Positions 17,141 to 23,375 of a stretch of DNA of 23,375 nt are shown here, piece after piece. A program made the position numbers and the translations under genes. Position 1 is the stretch's first letter, and every line of letters starts with the position of its first letter. The notes beneath the pieces are model-generated. The model worked only from the letters and a program-made list of their open reading frames with translations, did no database searches and was not told the origin of the DNA. This DNA comes from Armatimonadota bacterium (GTDB lineage Bacteria; Armatimonadota; Hebobacteria; CAIYQO01). Where the stretch lies: assembly GCA_038248345.1 (NCBI GenBank), contig JBBRXO010000037.1, positions 1-23,375 on the forward strand, given 5' to 3'.

Positions 17141-17950
17141 ATGGACTATAGCAAAAAATTCCGGGTAAAACCGGGCGAAAAGGTGAATCTGAAGAAGGTT
17201 GATCCGGGAGAGACACCAGGCTTTAACAACAAGGAAGAAGCGGTGGAGATGACGGCGCGCAATGTCGCGAAGATGGCGGAGCTGCAGCATCTGTTCTATG
17301 CCGATAACCATTTTTCGTTGCTTATTGTGTTGCAGGCAATGGACGGCGGGGGCAAGGACGGCACTATCCGCCATGTGATGAGCGGACTTAACCCGCAGGG
17401 GGTAGAGGTTTCTTCCTTCAAGGTACCCTCTGCCGAGGAGATGGATCATGACTTCCTCTGGCGCATTCATAAGTCGGTCCCGGCACGCGGCGATATTGGC
17501 ATCTTCAACCGCTCGCATTATGAGGATGTACTGATAGTGCGCGTACACAAGCTAGTGGCAAAAGATGTGTGGCAGGCGCGCTATGCGCAGATAAATAGCT
17601 TCGAGCAGTATCTGGCGGACAACAACATTATCACGCTCAAGTTCTTCCTGCATATCAGCAATGAGGAGCAGAAGCGGCGCTTTCAGCAGCGCATTGATGA
17701 CCCCCAGCGAAACTGGAAGATCAGCAGTGCCGACTTCTCCGAGCGCAAGTTGTGGGACGATTATCAGGATGCCTATGCCGATGCGCTGATGAAATGCAGC
17801 ACCACCACCGCCCCCTGGCACATCATCCCCGCCAACAACAAATGGTTCCGCAACGTGGTCATCAGCCAGATCATCCTGGATAAACTGGAGAGCCTCGACC
17901 TGCACTACCCGAAACCGCAGGAGGATTTGAGCAATATTGTGCTAGAGTGA
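17141..17950 (+). CDS. ppk2: Polyphosphate kinase 2 family, likely class III (polyphosphate:nucleotide phosphotransferase)
   Basis: Walker A 'QAMDGGGKDG', 'HDFLWR', 'IFNRSHYEDVL', 'KFFLHIS', 'APWHIIPANNKW'; GGAGG RBS before ATG 17141. Confidence 0.95.
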   Translation: MDYSKKFRVKPGEKVNLKKVDPGETPGFNNKEEAVEMTARNVAKMAELQHLFYADNHFSLLIVLQAMDGGGKDGTIRHVMSGLNPQGVEVSSFKVPSAEEMDHDFLWRIHKSVPARGDIGIFNRSHYEDVLIVRVHKLVAKDVWQARYAQINSFEQYLADNNIITLKFFLHISNEEQKRRFQQRIDDPQRNWKISSADFSERKLWDDYQDAYADALMKCSTTTAPWHIIPANNKWFRNVVISQIILDKLESLDLHYPKPQEDLSNIVLE

Positions 17951-17967
17951 GGAGGGGATGGCGAGGA

Positions 17968-18011
17968 CTCAACTCTAGCTCAACTCTAGTCCAACTCTAG
18001 TTCAACTCTAG
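17968..18011. repeat. 11-bp tandem repeat (YYCAACTCTAG) x4
   Basis: ctcaactctag ctcaactctag tccaactctag ttcaactctag, no spacers. Confidence 0.9.
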
Positions 18012-18149
18012 TCCCGCGCTGGCCTGACGGAGGGATGTGTTTGTATGAGGTATGGTTACCTAACCACCAGCCTCTTCCCTGCGTGGAAAAAGGAGCTAAT
18101 TGTATGAACTGACTTCAGAGGGTATTAAAGTGACCTAAGAAACACCAAA

Positions 18150-18163
18150 CGAACATGTGTTTG
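18150..18163. promoter_or_regulatory. LexA (SOS/Cheo) box overlapping the -35 element
   Basis: CGAAC-ATGT-GTTTG fits the Gram-positive-type consensus CGAACRNRYGTTYG (GAAC-N4-GTTY). Confidence 0.7.
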
Positions 18164-18189
18164 CACTAGTTGTTGTTCTGAAGTATAAT
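18161..18189 (+). promoter_or_regulatory. Near-consensus sigma70 promoter of the orphan gene
   Basis: TTGCAC (18161-18166) - 17 bp - TATAAT (18184-18189). Confidence 0.75.
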
Positions 18190-18231
18190 GAAACCAAGGT
18201 ATATTGCTTTAGGGTCGGGAAGGAGGGCGCG

Positions 18232-18873
18232 ATGGCTAAATTGACGGGGCCGCAGTTCTCGGTGACGGCATCGGGGAAGTTTGGGAAGAAGCTGATTTAC
18301 TCGAACTGGCGGGGTATTGCTTACAGCAAAGAATTAGTGGTACCGCGTAACCCGCGCACGATGAGGCAGCGGGCACACCGGGCAGTTGTCGGGGTAATGT
18401 CAGCGTTGTGGGCAACGATACCAGACGGCCAGCGGGCGCAGTGGGTAGAAGCAGGTAGGGCATTTGACTTGCCGGGGTTCCACACCTTCGCAAAAATGGG
18501 GATGAAAGCGTTCAAGGTCGGGCACGCGCCAGCGCGAGAACCGGGGGCGGCGCCGACGACGGTTGATGCGGCGGTGACAGAGTTGGCGGTGACGGTTGAG
18601 GGAGACGTGGTAACCGTCCGCTATGTGCCATCGGCGACGGTGACGAGTTGGGGGACGATCATCACAGCAAGTGCGGCGGTTCCTATTGAAGTGGTGTCGG
18701 GGGAGATCGTAGCGGCTGTCGCAGGTCATATTGAGCATGCGAGATTTTCGTTGCCGGAGGGGACGTGGTATGTGGCGGCGACGCCGTTTGATGCGGATGG
18801 GGGGATTGGGGAGATACTGGGTTGGAATTACGAATTAATAATTACGAATTACGATAGGGGGTGTAAGGCGTGA
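18232..18873 (+). CDS. Hypothetical protein: basic N-terminal domain resembling DUF6266/phage-like 'SG(K)-G...W(R/K)G...NPRT..Q...R' family, plus a C-terminal Ig/Fn3-like beta domain
   Basis: AAGGAGG RBS before ATG 18232; 'MAKLTGPQFSVTASGKFGKKLIYSNWRGIAYSKELVVPRNPRTMRQRAHR'; C-terminal 'LPEGTWYVAATPFD'. Family call is recalled, not searched. Confidence 0.75.
   Translation: MAKLTGPQFSVTASGKFGKKLIYSNWRGIAYSKELVVPRNPRTMRQRAHRAVVGVMSALWATIPDGQRAQWVEAGRAFDLPGFHTFAKMGMKAFKVGHAPAREPGAAPTTVDAAVTELAVTVEGDVVTVRYVPSATVTSWGTIITASAAVPIEVVSGEIVAAVAGHIEHARFSLPEGTWYVAATPFDADGGIGEILGWNYELIITNYDRGCKA
18825..18854. repeat. Heptamer (ACGAATT)-type repeat at the 3' end of the orphan gene
   Basis: gaattacgaattaataattacgaattacga. 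Confidence 0.7.
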
Positions 18874-18968
18874 TCCCGTTGGCCTGTGGTGGTGGGGGGG
18901 CGTAGGTTACTTAGTGAACCTCGAAGGTGCGAAGGCACGAAGAGAGAGATATGGGGGGGCGGAAGGGT

Positions 18969-19048
18969 GCCCTGAAAGGGCGAAGGAATTTAGCCACGGG
19001 TGAAGTACCCATATGAGCGGTGGGAATATGAGTACGGGACCCGTGGTT
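18969..19048. repeat. REP-like double hairpin (GCCCTGAAAGGGC plus a long imperfect stem)
   Basis: GCCC-TGAAA-GGGC (18969-18981); CCACGGGT (18994-19001) / ACCCGTGG (19039-19046) enclosing GTACCCATAT / ATATGAGTAC. Confidence 0.65.
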
Positions 19049-19095
19049 GGGGGCAATATAAATAATTTCCCGCCCCGGAGGTGGCGGGGGATTTG

Positions 19096-19233
19096 CTGGG
19101 AGCGCTCGCATCCTGCGTGTTCCTTGACGCGTGGGCAGGCGGGACGCCTGCGCTCCCGGGGGGGGCCTATTTGGCCGTGCTCATGAGCGGCATTCGAGAG
19201 CCTCATGATTATATGGCCCATGCTACGGGGGCA
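19096..19233. repeat. REPIN-like inverted pair plus composite REP-like element copy 2
   Basis: CTGGGAGCGC (19096-19105) ... GCGCTCCCGG (19150-19159). GCCCATGCTACGGGGGCA (19216-19233) is the reverse complement of 5443-5460. Confidence 0.7.
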
Positions 19234-19311
19234 CAGAGGAGGCTATTCGAGAACTATATGAGTTACTACCTACGTACCCAGCGACAAACAATATGTGTGG
19301 AGCAGGCAATG

Positions 19312-21384
19312 CTAGAGGTTTTTCACTACCTCCAAACCGAGTTGGCATCCTTCACCATGAAGTTTTTTCAGTGCTTCAATGGCAATGATGCTTTGCTTGT
19401 CAGTGATCGTTTTACCGGTGGCTGCGATGCCGATGATGCTTTGCTGAATGGGGGTAAGAATCCCTTTTTCTACGCCCCATTGCATGACACTTCCCCAGAG
19501 GCGCGCTCCTGCATTTGTTACAGCTATCTGCGCCTGGATGCCATTTATCATTATCTGTTCTTTGACGGCGGTTTTTTTTACATCCCGTTTATCAGCAACT
19601 GTGCGTAATGATTCCAGTAACTGATGATCCCAGGGAATATTGATACCCTGTACCCGTTTCCAGCAGGCCTCCATTTTTGCCCATTCCAGTACGTTATGAT
19701 TTCCTGACGGTGGATCGAGGATGACACCATATATGGCATCAACCACAATTGTCAGGGCATTCTTCATTTTTTCAGTGATATGCTGAGTTTTCCACACAGC
19801 ATCATAATCAAAACAGAAGGTGTTACATTCAACATCAGCAGCGAACCTGGCGATGGTGTAGGGAACAAAGGCAGAGCGGTAGGCACCTTCAAACCAGGGG
19901 CGCGACTTGACGATTTTCATCACTTCGCAATGAATTATCGCTTTCACAATCAGGTGGCGAAAATACTGCTCGTTGAATTGATCAGCATTCTTATCCCATT
20001 CGTCACCGATCCTCGAGGCAAAGTTGGCGAAGTTCTTTTGTGAGCCTTTGCAGACGATGTGGGGCAGGCCGATCCAGGTATTCTCGTATTTGGCCAAATC
20101 AGTTTTGTCGAAACGCTGTGTTTTCGGTGATTCCAAATCGAACTTACGTTGATCAGAGGGTTTCAATTTCATGCGCACATCCATATATTGTCCGCGTGCG
20201 CGTTCATAAAACCATTTTGACTCGCGGAAACTACCGTCGGGAGAGGGAGCGAGTAAATGGCGGGAGATACCTTCCATACGCACGTGGTAGGGGTGATTAG
20301 AGAAGAAGTCGGCGGCATTTACGCGGTTTTGACTATTGGCATATTCAGAAATTCGCGGAACAACTTCCTCGGTCTTCTCCGGCGCGATAATCGAGAGTTT
20401 CATCTGGACAAAGACGTTGGAGAGGTCAATCTTCTTTTTGCTGGCCGCGTGAATAGAGGCGGTGGTCTGACCACCGTTTACTATCTGGAGGTTTTTTAGG
20501 TTAGTCAGCTGCAAAGCACCAGCGTCTTCGAGGCGCACCACGCTTTCGGCGGTTGCGGTGATGCCGTTGTTGTAAGCGAAGAACATTTCGGGGTCATTCT
20601 CAATAGTGTTACGAATCCCCTTATTCACCCCGCCGCGCGCCTGCAGGAAGACGCGGACATTTTGCTCGAGTAGCCGAGCGCCCCACCGGTCATATATGGC
20701 GGCGAGTTGCACGCCGGGCACAACGGCAATATAGGCTTCATAGCTGGCATTCATCAGATGTGCGGGTAGTGCAGGTATGGCGCCACCATAGTCTTTTTCC
20801 AAGTCAATCTCAATCTCTTCACGCCCGCGCCCTGAGGAAACAAAACGGTGAAGTCGGCCAATATCCCATACATTATAAACTACCGGAACTCCCTCTATTT
20901 CGTCGGCTTTACGCCCATCCACCCTTTCGCTAAGTTGCCGGTTGCTAAGCAGGAACAGTTTGACTTTGTCAATGCTATTCCACCTGCGGCTAATCAAATC
21001 TGCCAGTCCAAAAGCAGGATTAGTTTCTTCCAAACTGTTTCGCCAGGTTACATCTAATGACTTTTCGAGATAGTTAGTCAATCGTTTGAATATTGCATTC
21101 ATCTCTGTTTGAATGAGTGTCTCTACCTGAGTTGAGGTGTTATAATCAGTGATTATCAGACTCAATACATTGTCATTTTCAAGCGGATCACCACCATATC
21201 CATCCACACGCATCCCACGCTGGGCCTGATAGAATGCTCTGTCCGCAGATAATAATTCACCGGTACTTGTCAGGTATTCACAGAAGATATCAAAAAAAGC
21301 ATCTTCCTTATAGCTTTCATCAGCTTCTGCTTGTAATAGAATATTCTGTTGAAATTCATGGTAATAATCTTCTAACTCACTCAT
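19312..21384 (-). CDS. AIPR (abortive infection phage resistance) family protein, MzaE-like
   Basis: 'RLLEQNVRVFLQ...VNKGIRNTI...FFAYNNGIT', 'QIVNGGQTTASI', 'ISEYANSQN', 'WFYERARGQY'. Confidence 0.93.
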   Translation of the reverse strand: MSELEDYYHEFQQNILLQAEADESYKEDAFFDIFCEYLTSTGELLSADRAFYQAQRGMRVDGYGGDPLENDNVLSLIITDYNTSTQVETLIQTEMNAIFKRLTNYLEKSLDVTWRNSLEETNPAFGLADLISRRWNSIDKVKLFLLSNRQLSERVDGRKADEIEGVPVVYNVWDIGRLHRFVSSGRGREEIEIDLEKDYGGAIPALPAHLMNASYEAYIAVVPGVQLAAIYDRWGARLLEQNVRVFLQARGGVNKGIRNTIENDPEMFFAYNNGITATAESVVRLEDAGALQLTNLKNLQIVNGGQTTASIHAASKKKIDLSNVFVQMKLSIIAPEKTEEVVPRISEYANSQNRVNAADFFSNHPYHVRMEGISRHLLAPSPDGSFRESKWFYERARGQYMDVRMKLKPSDQRKFDLESPKTQRFDKTDLAKYENTWIGLPHIVCKGSQKNFANFASRIGDEWDKNADQFNEQYFRHLIVKAIIHCEVMKIVKSRPWFEGAYRSAFVPYTIARFAADVECNTFCFDYDAVWKTQHITEKMKNALTIVVDAIYGVILDPPSGNHNVLEWAKMEACWKRVQGINIPWDHQLLESLRTVADKRDVKKTAVKEQIMINGIQAQIAVTNAGARLWGSVMQWGVEKGILTPIQQSIIGIAATGKTITDKQSIIAIEALKKLHGEGCQLGLEVVKNL

Positions 21385-22375
21385 TTGAGTTTCCTCCTGT
21401 TACAGCATGATGAAGAATTGAATCCGATACTATATATGGCTGGCATTCCTGCAATGATATTGAGTATTTAACATTGGTTACTCCTGACACAACAGTATCT
21501 ACAGCAATGCGAGGGAAGTCTCCATTTACCAGATAAAGATGAGATGGACCTTCAACCCATAAAGAATCTGAGTAGTCGTCTTCCCAGCGAAAGCCCGTTG
21601 CATAGAGCAGGTTTTCATAGATGTCGAGTGCGTTATTACTAACAAGCGCAATTCGCCCCTTGATTCGTCGGGCGATATCGGTGACACTGAAAGCAAGGTC
21701 GGAATTATCTGGCGATTTGTCCAGCTCAGCCACATGCAAAAAGAGTTTATCAGTTCCGGTCTCATCAAGTTGATACTCGGAGTTGATCAGGATATATGGT
21801 GTTGCAGCTCCGCGACGTGCTTTTGCTTCTATGGCAATCCTGCCGACCTCAAAATCCTTCGGTGCCCCCGATGGGCCTGTCCATGTGTTGATTGCATCTG
21901 TTATAGATAGCATTTGAAACAGGTGACGATCAAGCACTAAAAGCTCCCCGATAAGTCCCTTCTGCTCCTCCTGCGACAAACGCCCATCGCTTCCTCCTCG
22001 AAGCAGATAGTGCCAGCGCCAGGTGCGGGTTATTGCAATACTTACCGCCTCTTTTTCAGTGGCTGCAGCAGCTGTACTTGCGACTATGTCTGTACATAGC
22101 TTATAAAAAAGTTCCCGTTGTGCTGAATCTAAAAGTTTTAGCGCCAGAACCCGATTATTGTTACTACCTTCAGTTATAATCGAAGCTTCAATACCTTTCA
22201 AGTGAGGTAAACCTCCTGGTGGGGATGATGTTATATCATGCTGAAGGATGAGCATATATTTGTTATCAACCCCGCGTGCCCAGAAGAAGCCCCATGCTAA
22301 TTCAGGATCGACGCGCATGGCACATAAAGCATCTGCTAGATTGGGTTGGGAAAGACTTTTCCATGGATCACTCAT
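21377..22375 (-). CDS. PD-(D/E)XK-motif protein (DUF4420), MzaD-like
   Basis: 'LSQEEQKGLIGELLVL', 'WTGPSGAPKDF...IEAK', 'INSEYQL', 'FPRI', 'VKYSISL'. Start ATG 22375 overlaps the upstream stop. Confidence 0.9.
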   Translation of the reverse strand: MSDPWKSLSQPNLADALCAMRVDPELAWGFFWARGVDNKYMLILQHDITSSPPGGLPHLKGIEASIITEGSNNNRVLALKLLDSAQRELFYKLCTDIVASTAAAATEKEAVSIAITRTWRWHYLLRGGSDGRLSQEEQKGLIGELLVLDRHLFQMLSITDAINTWTGPSGAPKDFEVGRIAIEAKARRGAATPYILINSEYQLDETGTDKLFLHVAELDKSPDNSDLAFSVTDIARRIKGRIALVSNNALDIYENLLYATGFRWEDDYSDSLWVEGPSHLYLVNGDFPRIAVDTVVSGVTNVKYSISLQECQPYIVSDSILHHAVTGGNSNE

Positions 22376-23375
22376 CGTCATTATCCTCTATCTCATCAAT
22401 GTCGTTATCATTAAAGAAATTTTCACGCATCCATGTTTTTGTAACAATAAATTCGACACGTGTTTCCTTCACTTCAGTCCTTGGGAAACTAATGCTCCAA
22501 GCCACAACAGGTTTATCAGATATACATGCTCCACTGTTATCTATTAATTTCAACAGATGTATGATCAATAGAGGATTTTTCCTTTCTGTGCGGTATATCC
22601 AATCAGGATAATTAATCTTCTTTGAAGACACATCCTTTCCTTCGTTTTGACAATAACCCAACTCTGCGTTATCAATTTCTTTCTGAGATAAGCCAACTTG
22701 CTCATCACCTCTGGAAGCAACCCGCTGCTTATTAGTAATTCTTAAAGTATCCTTGTCACTTTTCTGGCCAGAGGTACGAGCTCGACAGTTAATTTTCAAC
22801 CCTAATGATTCATCTATCAACGTATCAACTTTTGCTTGTAATGTGCTGGTGAGAAGGACATCCCATTTGTGCAACTCAATATTCTGCCGGTCTTCAATAT
22901 ACTTAATTACCGGCCCATTATCTGTTAACATAGAACCAGGATGGTTTACGAATTCAGATATGAATTTCTTTATGGGATCAACGGGGGCGTTTTTAAATAG
23001 CCAACCTCTTTTGTTGGCTTTGAACGATGATGAAGAGCGACCTGATTCAGCTAAATTTTCCACAAATCTGCGTGCTGCCAATCTATTTTTAGTCAAGCTA
23101 TTATCATCCCGTTTAAGCAATGCTGTTTCTACAAAACTATTACTTAATCCGATACGTACTACGACTTTTCCGCTAGAACCCATTTTATTCCTGGCTGTTA
23201 CAATTAAATTATCAGGGTGACTACGTACTTTAAGACCAAATTCTGCAGGGGTCGCGTTAGCCGCTTCCATTCTTCTTAATTCATCCCGCAACATTTCTAT
23301 AGACTCGGTAATATGGTAATACCAACCCTCTGCCTCTTCTGGCATCCAAATACGACATAAATCTTCATAACCAGG
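22368..23375 (-). CDS. Z1-domain endonuclease/helicase-associated protein (MzaC-like), C-terminal part; 5' end lies outside the window
   Basis: Frame is open to the window edge, reading PGYEDLCRIWMPEE (end of the Z1 'GYRPGYxDLCR' motif); also 'TPAEFGLKVRSHP...LIVTARNKM' and 'NPLLIIH...WSISFP'. Confidence 0.9.
   Translation of the reverse strand, partial: PGYEDLCRIWMPEEAEGWYYHITESIEMLRDELRRMEAANATPAEFGLKVRSHPDNLIVTARNKMGSSGKVVVRIGLSNSFVETALLKRDDNSLTKNRLAARRFVENLAESGRSSSSFKANKRGWLFKNAPVDPIKKFISEFVNHPGSMLTDNGPVIKYIEDRQNIELHKWDVLLTSTLQAKVDTLIDESLGLKINCRARTSGQKSDKDTLRITNKQRVASRGDEQVGLSQKEIDNAELGYCQNEGKDVSSKKINYPDWIYRTERKNPLLIIHLLKLIDNSGACISDKPVVAWSISFPRTEVKETRVEFIVTKTWMRENFFNDNDIDEIEDNDDE

Noticed and set aside
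17968..18011. Possible mini-CRISPR
   Set aside because: Units are 11 bp and directly adjacent, with no spacers and no cas genes; this is a simple tandem repeat.
18157..18231. 25-aa N-terminal extension of the orphan gene
   Set aside because: It overlaps the promoter and LexA box; the RBS supports ATG 18232.
17951..19311. Prophage, IS element or tRNA attachment site at the island edge
   Set aside because: No integrase, transposase, tRNA cloverleaf or clear att direct repeat was found by eye.
19081..19608. 175-aa + strand ORF (also 18907-19221 and 18911-19111 on -)
   Set aside because: They run through the REP-like hairpins and/or antisense to AIPR, with no convincing RBS or recognisable motifs.

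Overview
Bacterial chromosomal window with sigma70-type promoters, GGAG RBSs and a Gram-positive-type LexA box; the lineage cannot be fixed from sequence alone. Bases 1-17950 hold mostly housekeeping/accessory genes: an unknown 2-TM protein, a ~1340-aa secreted beta-propeller/Ig protein with a duplicated C-terminal domain, a CxxC-x17-CxxC zinc-ribbon gene with a long structured leader, an FGE/SUMF1-domain protein, an MFS + Aas-like (PlsC-ACP-AMP-binding) pair, an orphan GAF-PAS histidine kinase, a double zinc-ribbon membrane protein, recQ, and a divergent CYTH / PPK2 pair. Bases 17951-23375 are accessory. They carry a solitary small gene with a virion-like/DUF6266-like N-terminus whose near-consensus promoter is overlapped by an SOS (LexA) box, set among several families of short repeats and hairpins. 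This gene converges on the 3' part of a Z1-DUF4420-AIPR (Mza-like) anti-phage operon that runs off the window. A composite REP-like element occurs twice in inverted orientation (about 5443-5523 and 19131-19233). No tRNA, rRNA, CRISPR array, integrase or transposase was recognised. Family assignments are from recalled motifs, not database searches.
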